Positions 10,173 through 20,232 of a stretch of 64,000 bases of DNA are shown here, piece by piece. Numbering within the stretch: the first letter of the stretch is position 1; each line of letters starts with the position of its first letter. The stretch is from a virus: positions 1 to 64,000 of the IMG/VR virus record IMGVR_UViG_3300034071_002576; one strand, 5' to 3'. Under the pieces are notes generated by a model. The model had not been told where the DNA came from. It saw only the letters and a program-made list of their open reading frames with translations, and made no database searches. The translations under genes and the position numbers were made by a program.

Positions 10173-10597
10173 AACAAGCTTTCTAGCTGCGAAACAAAAT
10201 CGTCAGGCTCTTCGATCAAAAGCTCAATCAGTTTTTCTACAGTTTTACGGACGTCTTTCGACGAAGTCTCGGTTGATTTACTTTCGTTAAGCATCAACCA
10301 ATACTTATGAGCATTTAAAAGATACAGATGCGTTTGTTTTGCTCGTAGAGCTTGAGTTTTCCAGCGATCAAACTCAAAACTACTGTTATGCCGACTGCTG
10401 CCTGTCTTTAATTCCAGTTCTCTAATCTCAATCTGTAGTTCGATATCCCGGATTGTGTACTCCGTGGACGAAATTTTAGCTTTGCACTCTTCGATGGACT
10501 CCGGTTGTTTGTTATCTGAGTAGATCCAAGCCGGTAGATTTTCAATAACGTATTTAGTGTCCCAGAGGCTGGGTTTAACGGGCACAGTGACGGTCAT
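10169..10597 (-). CDS. hypothetical coiled-coil protein
   Basis: ATGA overlaps on both sides. Confidence 0.6.
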   Translation of the reverse strand: MTVTVPVKPSLWDTKYVIENLPAWIYSDNKQPESIEECKAKISSTEYTIRDIELQIEIRELELKTGSSRHNSSFEFDRWKTQALRAKQTHLYLLNAHKYWLMLNESKSTETSSKDVRKTVEKLIELLIEEPDDFVSQLESLL

Positions 10598-10926
10598 AAA
10601 TCTAAAATCTGCCTAATTAGAGTGTTGAAACGGCCGTTGACGCAGTACAGCACGTGATGTTCAAATGAAGTTTTGATGACCAAATCGTACTTAATAAGTC
10701 GATTTAAATCTCGTAAGATCTTGAGTTTAGAAGCTCCGAGATTGCCGATTAGGTCTGCTGTAGACAACGGTTGGTCTGATGTTAGCAGACCGATTAAGTC
10801 TCCGTAGTGCCTCACGCAAGCACAGATTTTTTTATGTTCGTGATCGTTCGAAGAGATAAATTCCGGTTGTATTTGGATTTCAGGAGCTCCTGGATCGTTT
10901 TGTTCCGTATTTTGCGGGCTACCCAT
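10594..10926 (-). CDS. winged-helix DNA-binding protein
   Basis: LSTADLIGNLGASKLKILRDLNRLIKYDLV. Confidence 0.6.
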   Translation of the reverse strand: MGSPQNTEQNDPGAPEIQIQPEFISSNDHEHKKICACVRHYGDLIGLLTSDQPLSTADLIGNLGASKLKILRDLNRLIKYDLVIKTSFEHHVLYCVNGRFNTLIRQILDL

Positions 10927-11513
10927 GTTTTGACGTCCTCTCTCATTTCAGGTGTGACTTTAGTCGCCGGGCTTGCGGCCAGCATCATGTGATACGGATT
11001 AACACATTCAGCCTCTCCGCATGTAGTCAGAATCTTATCGGCATCAGAAAGGGCGACGCTGTGGAATTTGGCGTAAACAAATCTTCTGGGTCTCATGATG
11101 GTCTTATCCGTAGAATCGACGAGACGCGCGAAAGTGCAGGGCAAGAAAATGTGCTGATCGGGTGTCAAGGCTAGACGGTTTTGCTTGAACCACACGGCGA
11201 CCTTGTCCGATGGGCTGCGGGCGGCGCGCAGCTCCTCTAAGCAGATCGGACAGGCGTAGACCCCGAGAACGGGATGGGACCGCTCTAGGTCGCTTGTCGC
11301 CACGTGGATGGTTTCGTGGCGGCCGCACTTGCAGTCCAGGCTCGAGACGTCACCGCGCTCCGCGACTCGGAATGAGTCCAGGGTGTAGAGCTTTGAGACT
11401 GGGCCTTCGGGGGCTTCGATGGGCGTCTGGACTAGCAAGCCCAGCACTGAGACGAGTATAGGGTTGAACATGGACGTACACCAAGTTGCACGGTGCTCAC
11501 CCAAGGATAGCAC
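10812..11513 (-). CDS. zinc finger + His-Me zinc loop + HTH protein (start uncertain)
   Basis: CKC/CPIC, TCGEAECVNPYH, C-terminal LSLRTITNIK. Confidence 0.6.
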   Translation of the reverse strand: MLSLGEHRATWCTSMFNPILVSVLGLLVQTPIEAPEGPVSKLYTLDSFRVAERGDVSSLDCKCGRHETIHVATSDLERSHPVLGVYACPICLEELRAARSPSDKVAVWFKQNRLALTPDQHIFLPCTFARLVDSTDKTIMRPRRFVYAKFHSVALSDADKILTTCGEAECVNPYHMMLAASPATKVTPEMREDVKTWVARKIRNKTIQELLKSKYNRNLSLRTITNIKKSVLA

Positions 11514-11831
11514 GGTGAACCCAGACCCTTCTAATTACTTTTTCTCTTAAGAGGGCTACTTAACGCAACTTGCCTGTCGCACTTGAGTCTCGGTTTAGCG
11601 GCTTAGTTACGTTATTTAATTAGGGTGTCGGTCGCATACGCACACTATTACCTAATTTAATTTTAAATATATTTATAAATCTCCGCAGACACGCAATTCA
11701 CGTTATATCGACCATCCTAAAAACTTTTTTTCGGTCCATTCGAGCACAGATCCAGCGTGGGTTCCGGTGTTTTTGGTAATTCTTAAGGTTCTCTGTTAAT
11801 ATTTGTGCATAACACACCTTAGGTGTTCCCT

Positions 11832-11996
11832 GTGAAGACTCTGACCGACCTGCCTTCTCCTGCGAATGAGAGCCCTGATGCCGAATTCTGGGCTGAGTGC
11901 CGTCGACGTGCTTTAGAGTGGAACATACCCGCCTGGCAGCTTGCTGAGGAGGGTTTTCAACACCCTGCCCTTGACGCGCGCACACGTAGGGGGTAG
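11832..11996 (+). CDS. small hypothetical protein (not in ORF track)
   Basis: GTG..TAG, 54 aa, ...DAEFWAECRRRALEWNIPAWQLAEEGF... Confidence 0.45.
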   Translation: MKTLTDLPSPANESPDAEFWAECRRRALEWNIPAWQLAEEGFQHPALDARTRRG

Positions 11997-12028
11997 GATT
12001 CACATTCACATCAATTTAAGTTTTTAAA

Positions 12029-12373
12029 ATGTCAGAGACTCTGACCCCGGCTCAGCGCGAGTATCGCTTTCAGCAGCTTTATGAGATGTATATGGAGGGC
12101 AAGTCATACCGCGAACTCGCCGTCATTTTCAAAATCAGCGCCGAACGCGTCCGCCAGATTTTACATTCGGGCGTTAACGACACTCAATTAAAAGAACTGC
12201 GTCGTCGAATTGATAACCGGTGTATGAATACCTGGAGGGCAAAAGAAGTTTGTAACTTGCTGGATGCGGGTAACAGCTGCCGCAAGGTTTCTGAGATTTT
12301 AAATATCTCGATCTCAGCAGTTAAACGTGTTTCAGCCCGGCATAAGAAAAATGTTCCTGTACGCTTGGGTTAG
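12029..12373 (+). CDS. tandem-HTH (sigma-70 region 4-like) regulator
   Basis: GKSYRELAVIFKISAERVRQI and GNSCRKVSEILNISISAVKR. Confidence 0.75.
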   Translation: MSETLTPAQREYRFQQLYEMYMEGKSYRELAVIFKISAERVRQILHSGVNDTQLKELRRRIDNRCMNTWRAKEVCNLLDAGNSCRKVSEILNISISAVKRVSARHKKNVPVRLG

Positions 12374-12426
12374 GTCAGAAACTCAACTTCCTCACGGATA
12401 TGAAGTAGACTCTTAGATTAGGAGGG

Positions 12427-13308
12427 TTGTTACAACAGATGCCCGCGGAACTTAACAACCCGCCTTGTTTAGTTCACGGGTATCTTCCGCGTGCCCTTCA
12501 CGAAGAGAATTTTTTCGGCATCGTCACCGTTATTGACGAGATTATTTCAACAATCAGTGGCGTCGTGGGAACTACTTCGTTTGCTAGATGCCCTTATGGT
12601 TACGAAGCCAACTTTGGCGGCGTTGTACGTGCGCTGGAAGATCTAAACACTACTATAAGCGGTATCCAGGGCGGCGGAGGCGCAAATATCGCTGCCGGAT
12701 CTGGTATATACACAACTACAAGCGGTGACGTTACTCTTATTAACAGCGCTATTGTTGGCGGTTCTGGTGTTTATATCACTTATAGCGGCAGTTATGTAGA
12801 AGTTAATGCCAGCGTTACCAGTGCTTCCGGCATTGTCTACACCGCAGGTTCTGGTCTTTATCTATCTGACGGCGGCACTCGCTTTAATGCGCTGCGTACC
12901 GGTGGCGGGGTGACGGTATCTGGCAATCCGGCGACGCCTACCGCGAACGGAGATCTTTGGTTTGACACGAATCAGGGTCGTCTATTCGTGTACGCCAGCG
13001 GCAACGGGGTGTCCGATCCTGCGTGGTATCAGACCAATAGTGAAGCCTTCGTCCTTAAAGGGGAGCTTCCGCCGTCTGGGGCTGGCCTTAACGCGCCCCC
13101 TCGGGACGGCGCTGTTTGGTTCAACACTCTTGTCGGCAACCTGTTCGTTTACGACGCTGTGACGTCGGGTTGGTACGAAAGCGGCCCCTCCCGATCGTTT
13201 GCGTACGGATCTACCGCGCCAGCTCCTGCTACTGAAGGCGCTGGATGGTATTCAACGGCAGATAATACACTTAAGGTTTGGAACGGCAGTTCCTGGATTA
13301 CCACTTAG
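12427..13308 (+). CDS. virion fibre or decoration protein
   Basis: repeated GDLWFDT, GAVWFNT and GWYST..LKVWNG fibre modules; SG-rich. Confidence 0.7.
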   Translation: MLQQMPAELNNPPCLVHGYLPRALHEENFFGIVTVIDEIISTISGVVGTTSFARCPYGYEANFGGVVRALEDLNTTISGIQGGGGANIAAGSGIYTTTSGDVTLINSAIVGGSGVYITYSGSYVEVNASVTSASGIVYTAGSGLYLSDGGTRFNALRTGGGVTVSGNPATPTANGDLWFDTNQGRLFVYASGNGVSDPAWYQTNSEAFVLKGELPPSGAGLNAPPRDGAVWFNTLVGNLFVYDAVTSGWYESGPSRSFAYGSTAPAPATEGAGWYSTADNTLKVWNGSSWITT

Positions 13309-13333
13309 ACTCTGATCGCATTTTTAGCTGCCC

Positions 13334-13462
13334 ATGGCTAAACCTAAAGGCGTCCTGAACAAGATTGAGTCCAAGCCCAAGACCACTTCGATCGGGTGTA
13401 GCGTCCTTTCTCGGCCTAAGCGTCGCGGCAAGAAGCGCTATCGCGGTCAGGGTAAGGGCTAA
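13334..13462 (+). CDS. small basic protein ending KRYRGQGKG (not in ORF track)
   Basis: 42 aa; the C-terminal KRYRGQG motif is recalled from cyanophage small proteins. Confidence 0.65.
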   Translation: MAKPKGVLNKIESKPKTTSIGCSVLSRPKRRGKKRYRGQGKG

Positions 13463-13486
13463 ACTGTAATTATCTATAAGGTCGGG

Positions 13487-13876
13487 ATGGCTACGACAAG
13501 TTTTAGAGCTGGCGAATCCATCTCGGCCGGTCAAGCCGTTTATGTGACGGCTTCTGGTTTTTTATATAAAGCTAATGCGAGTAATTACACGCAAGCTTCC
13601 GTTGCCGGCGTGGCCATCGATAACGGCGCGCCTGGTTCTCTTGTGCGTGTGCAGTCTGATGCTGTTTATTCCAGTTTTTCTGGCCTAACACCCGGCGACT
13701 ACCGCTTTTTATCTATCTTAACTTCGGGTCAGCTGGTTTCTTACAGCGGATGGGCGGTTGAGCTAAACAGCACAGCACTGTCTGGTGCATTTCTCACTAA
13801 CGTTGGACGGAGTACGTCAACGACCAGCGTGGGCGTTGAAATCCAACCACCTGTTTTTGTTCGTAATCCTATTTGA
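13487..13876 (+). CDS. virion protein (capsid cement/decoration-like), paralog of 57152-57655
   Basis: AGESISAGQAVYV...GVA...GLTPG..YFL pattern. Confidence 0.65.
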   Translation: MATTSFRAGESISAGQAVYVTASGFLYKANASNYTQASVAGVAIDNGAPGSLVRVQSDAVYSSFSGLTPGDYRFLSILTSGQLVSYSGWAVELNSTALSGAFLTNVGRSTSTTSVGVEIQPPVFVRNPI

Positions 13877-13967
13877 TGTCGGCGGTTTTACTGAAATTGT
13901 TTAATTAGTGAGTTGCGTATTTTATAATGACTTTTAGCGAACTCATTCGGCCCCAAAACGGAGTTTA

Positions 13968-15251
13968 TTGACCATGGGTAAGATTCGTTTAACGGGTGCC
14001 ACTAGCGGATATACCGAAATTCAAGCCGCCAGTGCTGCAGGTAACAACACTATTACTCTGCCCACGACAAACGGAGGTCAGGTAATTGTTAGCGATAGTT
14101 CTGGAAATGTAAATATTGATAGCGGTACTTTTTATGTTGATGCTTCGAATAACCGTGTAGGGATTGGCACTACGAGTCCTAATACGACACTAGAAGTATC
14201 AAGAGCATCAAACAATTTAGGCATAACAGAAGTTCTTCGTATTGGAGGAACTGCAGCAACCACTGGCGATGGCTACAAGCTAACTTTTTATCAAACTGCT
14301 ATAGGAGAATATGGTTACGTAGGATCTTATTACACTGGCGGGGTAAATTGGAATACCGTAGTCAATGGCAGCGCTGGCCTTGAGTTTAGGATTAACAACA
14401 GCGAACGCGCCCGCATTACATCCGATGGGAAGCTTTTAGTTGGCACGTCTACTGGTCCTTCTGACACAACTGTTCTTTTTTCTGGTAACGCGGGTGACGG
14501 TTCTACAGGGGACGGAAGGCTGCATCTAAATCGCGGTTCGACTCCTGGTAACGGGGTTCAGCTTGGAGCGCTTTATTTTTCAAGTAATAACGGAGCCAAC
14601 CAAGGCGCTTCCGTTGTTGCAGTAAGGGATGGCGGCACTTGGACTGCTGGAAGCAGCCATCCAACGCTCTTAAAGTTCTCCACTACCGCCGATGGAGCGA
14701 GCAGTCCGACGGAGCGGATGAGGATTGATAACGCTGGTGGCAGTGCATTTTTTGCCTCTAGCGTTACTGCAGTTGCAGCAAGGAACGCAGCGGCAGCAGG
14801 AACATCAACCTATAACATCGCCGGTCTTCATTCAGCCACAAGCACCACCAACGGAACGCTTTCTTTTGCTGTTTACACAAACGGCAATGTCCAAAACACT
14901 AATAACAGCTACGGCTCGCTTTCTGATGCCAAGCTAAAAGAGAACATCGTTGACGCTACTTCCCAGTGGTCTGACATCAAGGCACTTCAGGTCCGCAAAT
15001 ACAACTTCAAAGAAGAAACCGGCCAAGAGACCCACACCCAAATCGGCCTGATCGCCCAAGAAGCTGAGCTTGTTTCCCCTGGCCTTGTCAGCGAATCCCC
15101 CGACCGCGACGAAGACGGCAACGACCTTGGCACCGTCACCAAGAGCGTCAACTATTCGGTGCTCTACATGAAGGCAGTGAAGGCGCTGCAGGAAGCAATG
15201 GAGCGCATCGAAACCCTTGAGGCCAAAGTTGCAGCCCTTGAAGGCGTGTAG
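13968..15251 (+). CDS. tail fibre with C-terminal intramolecular chaperone (peptidase S74)
   Basis: VGIGT and ERMRI repeats; SDAKLKENI...GLIAQE...coiled coil. Confidence 0.9.
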   Translation: MTMGKIRLTGATSGYTEIQAASAAGNNTITLPTTNGGQVIVSDSSGNVNIDSGTFYVDASNNRVGIGTTSPNTTLEVSRASNNLGITEVLRIGGTAATTGDGYKLTFYQTAIGEYGYVGSYYTGGVNWNTVVNGSAGLEFRINNSERARITSDGKLLVGTSTGPSDTTVLFSGNAGDGSTGDGRLHLNRGSTPGNGVQLGALYFSSNNGANQGASVVAVRDGGTWTAGSSHPTLLKFSTTADGASSPTERMRIDNAGGSAFFASSVTAVAARNAAAAGTSTYNIAGLHSATSTTNGTLSFAVYTNGNVQNTNNSYGSLSDAKLKENIVDATSQWSDIKALQVRKYNFKEETGQETHTQIGLIAQEAELVSPGLVSESPDRDEDGNDLGTVTKSVNYSVLYMKAVKALQEAMERIETLEAKVAALEGV

Positions 15252-15260
15252 TCCTACTCT

Positions 15261-15301
15261 CTAGTCAACTTCTAATTTGATTCAAGTTTGAAGTTGGCTA
15301 G
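15261..15301. terminator. long hairpin between convergent genes
   Basis: CTAGTCAACTTC...GAAGTTGGCTAG inverted repeat. Confidence 0.55.
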
Positions 15302-15310
15302 TCACCTTCA

Positions 15311-16186
15311 CTACAACTTCTGAACTAGCTGAACCGTTTGGTGCTGCCAGGCAGTTTTCCATTTATCCCAAAATACTTTACATTCGTCTTGAATTTCTTC
15401 GTATAGATCTTCTTTTTCTATTTGCTTTATGAGATTTAAACAATCTTCCCAGGTGTTTTCGCACACAAAAGGAAGCGTGGACTCTCCGTAAAATACCCCA
15501 TGCCAATAAGAGGGATGTACGTGCCAATAACCCGTATTTTTTAAACACACAGGTATACAACCCGCCTCCAGTGCTTCATAGAGTCTGAACGAATCCATAC
15601 TGTCTTGTCCTGGGGGACAAAGTGCGTACTTACTGTTTTTTAGTAACTCTGCGTATTCTTTTGTACTAAGCCCATCTGCTGCGTTGAAACCGCTGCAAGT
15701 GTGCACTCTATAGGGTTCCAACTCTTTAAATTTCTCTATAACAGTTGCTCGATCTTTGTGCGGGGTTCCTGCGAACGACCACGCCAACTCGCGTTTTTCT
15801 TTTATCTCTAACTTTTTAACTAAACCAATTTTATAACCAAGCCCGAATATCGACACTTTGGGGTGCCCTAATAACATGGGATTTATATAATTTCTCATCA
15901 ACCCCACACAGTGAGGGTCGTGGAGCCACTCGCAAGGCTCTATAAGATTTTCGTCGCTCAATAGAACGATTGCATATTTTTTTCCTTTTTGCCTCAGTCT
16001 ATTTAAAACATCTCTATACGGCACTGAGTGATTACATATCAACACGGTGTTTTCGTCTGTTTTTATTTTATCTTTTTCGAATTCAACTTCTATGTAATCT
16101 TGGACTGGTTTAAATAAAAACCGTAACCAATCTATTTCCCACAGCGAGTGATCTTCCGTCAACCATTGCACTCTGGGTTTAACCAT
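15311..16186 (-). CDS. exostosin/GT47-like glycosyltransferase
   Basis: SKYALCPPG..DSFRLYEALEAGCIPV; probable start MVKPRV. Confidence 0.8.
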   Translation of the reverse strand: MVKPRVQWLTEDHSLWEIDWLRFLFKPVQDYIEVEFEKDKIKTDENTVLICNHSVPYRDVLNRLRQKGKKYAIVLLSDENLIEPCEWLHDPHCVGLMRNYINPMLLGHPKVSIFGLGYKIGLVKKLEIKEKRELAWSFAGTPHKDRATVIEKFKELEPYRVHTCSGFNAADGLSTKEYAELLKNSKYALCPPGQDSMDSFRLYEALEAGCIPVCLKNTGYWHVHPSYWHGVFYGESTLPFVCENTWEDCLNLIKQIEKEDLYEEIQDECKVFWDKWKTAWQHQTVQLVQKL

Positions 16187-16265
16187 GACTTTTTGTGAGT
16201 CGCTACGAACTTTAGCGGCTATACCAGTGAACCGCACTACAATTGAAACAGTTTGGGTGCGTTAG

Positions 16266-16625
16266 ATGGCCTGCGGCAAGCATTGTGTTCTGGAGCTTTA
16301 CCGCGCCTCTGCGCAGAAACTTAACGATGAAGCTTTCATTCGCGATGCCTTGGCTGAAGCTGCCCGCGTGTCTCATGCGACTCTGATCGATATTAGAACT
16401 CACTCTTTTGTGCCTCAGGGCGTCACTGGCTTTGCGTTGCTTGCCGAGTCCCACATCTCCATCCACACGTGGCCAGAACACGGCTACGCCGCCGTTGACG
16501 TTTTTACCTGCGGGGATAAGACTGACCCGGAATTAGCCTGTTCATTTTTAGCTAAGGCTTTCGAGGCGGCGTCTAACCATATTCTTACTCTTGATCGATA
16601 TCTGCCTGATTTAATTCAAGTTTGA
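16266..16625 (+). CDS. speD: S-adenosylmethionine decarboxylase proenzyme
   Basis: GKH, LAESHISIHTWPE, DVFTCG. Confidence 0.95.
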   Translation: MACGKHCVLELYRASAQKLNDEAFIRDALAEAARVSHATLIDIRTHSFVPQGVTGFALLAESHISIHTWPEHGYAAVDVFTCGDKTDPELACSFLAKAFEAASNHILTLDRYLPDLIQV

Positions 16626-16668
16626 CTCCTTTTAACTAGCTAAACTTTCTTTGAGCCGCACACACTGA

Positions 16669-17064
16669 GTGGGCGAACAAGATTATGTCTTTGAACTCAA
16701 GTGTCTACAACGCAGTAAGGCTCGTAAACGATTCAGGAGAGACATTTTCGACGCTTGGAACTCTTGTGCTTATTGCGGACGTGAGAATCCGGACACTTTA
16801 GATCACGTAGTGCCGAAAGCTCGCGGAGGAACAACCGCTAGGAGTAACCTAATTGCATCATGTGCCTGTTGTAACTTAGCAAAATCTGATTTGCATTGGT
16901 TTACATGGTATCGCGCCCAAGAGTTTTGGACCCTTGAGCGCGAAAGTAAGATTCTTAAGTGGGTTAACGACAGCCACGAAGCCGTCGAATCCGCTAAGAC
17001 TTACACCGAACTGTGTCAAATTCCGTTACTTGAACCTAGTGTCAGTCCTTTGCCAGCCGCGTGA
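16669..17064 (+). CDS. HNH endonuclease
   Basis: CAYCG..TLDHVVP..GG...NL..SC..CN..K. Confidence 0.9.
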   Translation: MGEQDYVFELKCLQRSKARKRFRRDIFDAWNSCAYCGRENPDTLDHVVPKARGGTTARSNLIASCACCNLAKSDLHWFTWYRAQEFWTLERESKILKWVNDSHEAVESAKTYTELCQIPLLEPSVSPLPAA

Positions 17065-17218
17065 CGATACCGGCTAAGATCTCTACCACTCGGTAGTACT
17101 TAGCTACTGCTTCGTTATCTTTCTGAGTTGGCGTCAGGTTAACGATCAACAGCGCCACCCCGTGGATGGCGATAAGAATCTCGACCAGACTTTTAACGTT
17201 ACCTAGTAAGTTGTCCAT
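17042..17218 (-). CDS. small membrane protein, holin candidate (not in ORF track)
   Basis: 58 aa MDNLLGNV...ALLIVNLTPTQKDNE; hydrophobic helix, near the endolysin. Confidence 0.6.
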   Translation of the reverse strand: MDNLLGNVKSLVEILIAIHGVALLIVNLTPTQKDNEAVAKYYRVVEILAGIVTRLAKD

Positions 17219-17246
17219 GTTTCCTGGGACTCTGTACCAAGTTTAC

Positions 17247-17561
17247 TCACTCTTTTATGTAGGTACTGCGGATCCCCATTTCTCCACCTAGTAATTGTTG
17301 AGCTTTTGAACCGTCTGGCGGCAGTTCATAGTACTCACTTTTCTGTTTTTTTGTTTTATCCCATTCTTTATGGAGTAGCTCTATTTGTTTATCTACATCC
17401 GCTAAAGCTGATTCTATTCGCCACAGTACCCAGTCATGTTTGCAATAAATTAATATCATTTTTATAATTTTATTTCTTTTTAAGCTTTTAAATTGTTCTG
17501 TGAGTGCTTTAGTTATTTCGTAGCAGATAGCTAGCCAAAAATTGTAATTAGTTTTTTTCAT
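17247..17561 (-). CDS. hypothetical protein
   Basis: AT-rich ORF overlapping the upstream gene. Confidence 0.5.
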   Translation of the reverse strand: MKKTNYNFWLAICYEITKALTEQFKSLKRNKIIKMILIYCKHDWVLWRIESALADVDKQIELLHKEWDKTKKQKSEYYELPPDGSKAQQLLGGEMGIRSTYIKE

Positions 17562-17817
17562 TGAGCTTGCTCAGTATTAACTGGTCTAACTTATCGTTAA
17601 TATGATTCAAGCGATCTCGAATATCTAATAAGCCCGCATTTAATTCGGATTTCATGGCGTAAATCGCGGGAATTTCGCCAACCTTATTTTCAACATCCTC
17701 TAATCGTTTTTTTATTGAGTTAAATCGATCGTTAATGACGCCCTGTCTCTGTTGATGCGACCATGTCAAGAAACCCAACAGTGTTGCCGCAGCGGCGACT
17801 AGAGCTTCCGGACCCAT
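17548..17817 (-). CDS. N-terminal TM + coiled-coil protein (lysis accessory candidate)
   Basis: single TM followed by heptads. Confidence 0.55.
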   Translation of the reverse strand: MGPEALVAAAATLLGFLTWSHQQRQGVINDRFNSIKKRLEDVENKVGEIPAIYAMKSELNAGLLDIRDRLNHINDKLDQLILSKLNEKN

Positions 17818-17908
17818 CTGCGTGATTTCACTATTTAAATTTTAAAGGTAGCTGCTCTCGTTACATGCTTAAATTTCTACTAAACTGTGTGTAAACGGCG
17901 GATAGATC

Positions 17909-18346
17909 GTGTCTCAGTTCACTAAGAATCTTGAGCTCAACAATGTAGTTAATAGCGGTCTGACTGATTCTTCTCGACGTACAGGTTCAACTCATTTCGA
18001 TCAACGCCGTATTCTCGACGCGAGCGGCGTGGTTGTTGTTGATTCATCCAGCCGTACTTACGCCGCTGACGGTTCCTACGGCATCTCCGATTACTACCCG
18101 TTAACTGTTAACGCAACCGGTATTCTTCAGGTCGACATTCGGGATCAGAACAGTTGCGGAGATGTGATCATCCTGGATTCCACAGGGACTGAAGTTATGA
18201 CTGCGGCTCCCTCGAAGTTCAGCAGCCGGAATAGCAGTGTCACTCAGCAACGAATTGCTAGCAGCGGCGCTTATTACGCCTATATTCAGCTCAAGGGTCG
18301 CTCTGGTACTGAGTACCGGATCGGTATTGATGTTCAAGTACGGTGA
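17909..18346 (+). CDS. beta-sandwich (PPC-like) hypothetical protein
   Basis: SDYY...G.Y...Y.I pattern; GTGA coupling to the endolysin. Confidence 0.5.
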   Translation: MSQFTKNLELNNVVNSGLTDSSRRTGSTHFDQRRILDASGVVVVDSSSRTYAADGSYGISDYYPLTVNATGILQVDIRDQNSCGDVIILDSTGTEVMTAAPSKFSSRNSSVTQQRIASSGAYYAYIQLKGRSGTEYRIGIDVQVR

Positions 18347-19581
18347 GAATCTCAGTCAGAGGTCTAAATTTAATCAAGCGTTTTGAAGGCTGTAAATTAA
18401 CTTCGTATCAGGATATCGGCGGTGTTTGGACGATTGGTTGGGGGACTACAGGTCCTTCCGTAGGCCCCAACTTAACGATTACGCAAGCGCAGGCCGACTC
18501 GTGGTTACAGACTCACGTTAATCAGTTTGCGGCCCAGGTTACTGACCTGTTAAAAGTTTCTGTTAACCAGAATCAATTCGACGCACTTGTAAGTTTTTCT
18601 TACAACATCGGTGTTACGGCTTTTAAAGGTTCTACCCTTTTACGTTTACTCAATAACGGCGCAGATTCCTCTGTTGTCGCATCTGAGTTTCTTCGTTGGA
18701 CGAAAGTAGACGGAAAGATTATCGAAGGCTTAAAAAATCGCCGGGAGGCCGAGCGCGAGCTATTTTTAACCAAGGTTTTGCATCCGCTTTTGTCTGCTTC
18801 TATCCTTGCCCAGCGGGACACCTGGCTTAAGCGCGAGCCGAAACAAGCTTCGGACTTGGCCGCCGAACAAAAGCTTTTCGTTCCTAAGGGCTCTGCGCAC
18901 CGCTGGCAGGCCATCACGATGGTGCCGGGGGAGAAGCACTACAAGCTGGTTTTGGAGGCACAGCCTGACCGCCCGTGGTGGATGTGGCCCAACGATTTCA
19001 AGATCATTAACGATCCCGCCCCCGTTGAGAATGAAACTGTAGTTCACCCAGAGCCGCTGGTTCTCCCTGTCCCTTACTACAGCCAAAGGGATAATCAGAA
19101 AGATCCCATGCGTACCTGCTTTTCTAGCAGTTGTGCGATGCTACTTAAGTTTCTTAAACCTAGTAGTATCTCTGGGGATGATCAGTATATTCAGACTGTT
19201 TTCAAATACGGAGACACTACGGCTGCTCCCGCGCAAATCTCTGCGCTGGCTTCTTACGGTTTGAAGGCCGAGTTTCGGCAAGATTTCGGTTGGAGCGATA
19301 TTGATTCTCAGTTGGTTCGCGGTATTCCTGTACCTATCGGAATTCTTCATCACGGTCCGGTCAGCAAGCCAACTGGGGGCGGACATTGGCTCGTGATTAT
19401 TGGACGTAATGAGGACAACACTCGTTACGTAGTCAATGATCCTTTCGGCGAGCTTGACCTTATTAACGGAGGTTACGTTTCCACCAACGGTAAGGGCCTC
19501 CTGTACTCTAAGAAAAACCTCGGGCCACGATTCCTCGTGGAAGGGCCGGGGACTGGTTGGGCTATCCGAGCTTCCAAATGA
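18343..19581 (+). CDS. endolysin: GH24 lysozyme + C39-like peptidase
   Basis: FEG..Y.D..G.WTIGWG, QFDALVSF.YN.G, RR.AE; VPYYSQRDN...CFSSS...GGHW...VNDPFG. Confidence 0.92.
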   Translation: MRISVRGLNLIKRFEGCKLTSYQDIGGVWTIGWGTTGPSVGPNLTITQAQADSWLQTHVNQFAAQVTDLLKVSVNQNQFDALVSFSYNIGVTAFKGSTLLRLLNNGADSSVVASEFLRWTKVDGKIIEGLKNRREAERELFLTKVLHPLLSASILAQRDTWLKREPKQASDLAAEQKLFVPKGSAHRWQAITMVPGEKHYKLVLEAQPDRPWWMWPNDFKIINDPAPVENETVVHPEPLVLPVPYYSQRDNQKDPMRTCFSSSCAMLLKFLKPSSISGDDQYIQTVFKYGDTTAAPAQISALASYGLKAEFRQDFGWSDIDSQLVRGIPVPIGILHHGPVSKPTGGGHWLVIIGRNEDNTRYVVNDPFGELDLINGGYVSTNGKGLLYSKKNLGPRFLVEGPGTGWAIRASK

Positions 19582-19763
19582 ACTCTCTCGATTGGGATAA
19601 CGTCGCACGCTGCGCTGATCAACGCGCTGCGGCCAAAACCTTTAGCTGGGATGAAGAAGACTCTCCGTTAGGAGATTTAACAACCCGAGAAATGGCTCGA
19701 ATGTTAAGCTACAGAGCCGCCCTTATCGCCAACATGCTGGAGTGTTGGTTTCAACCGTTATGA
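19557..19763 (+). CDS. hypothetical protein (likely start MNSLDW)
   Basis: ATGA overlap with the endolysin stop. Confidence 0.5.
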   Translation: MGYPSFQMNSLDWDNVARCADQRAAAKTFSWDEEDSPLGDLTTREMARMLSYRAALIANMLECWFQPL

Positions 19764-19978
19764 CTTTCGAAGGATTTGATTGGCAGGAAGTTTTAGATAA
19801 TTGGGACGTCAAGAAAGAGCAACAGAAAGCGGATTTCCTTGAGTTTTTGTACGATCTATATGAGCCGGGTGACGGGTTGTACACCGGTTTATGGCAGCAG
19901 TTTAAGGATGATATCGCGCGGAGCATGCGCGATACGTTCTTCGAGAAAGAACTGGTGTTCAAGAGGATAGAGCCCTAA
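19742..19978 (+). CDS. hypothetical protein
   Basis: KADFLEFLY...YTGLWQ pattern recalled from cyanophage small proteins. Confidence 0.55.
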   Translation: MLVSTVMTFEGFDWQEVLDNWDVKKEQQKADFLEFLYDLYEPGDGLYTGLWQQFKDDIARSMRDTFFEKELVFKRIEP

Positions 19979-20010
19979 GCACCTTATAATTTGTATGTGC
20001 TGAGGTTTGT

Positions 20011-20232
20011 ATGTCCCGCGATTACGACAGGGAATATAGTACTTACCATGCGACCGATGCACAGAAAAAACGCCGTGCTGCTCGCAACAAGGCTCGGCGA
20101 ATGATGGAGAAAAATGGCCGCGTCTCAAAAGGAGACGGCAAAGAAGTTGATCATAAGAACAAAAACCCGTTAGATAATTCACCTGATAATCTTAGAATTA
20201 GGAGTAAGACTGCGAATCGGCGAGATCAGTAA
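20011..20232 (+). CDS. small HNH-motif protein
   Basis: GDGKEVDHK...N...NLR....NR. Confidence 0.75.
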   Translation: MSRDYDREYSTYHATDAQKKRRAARNKARRMMEKNGRVSKGDGKEVDHKNKNPLDNSPDNLRIRSKTANRRDQ

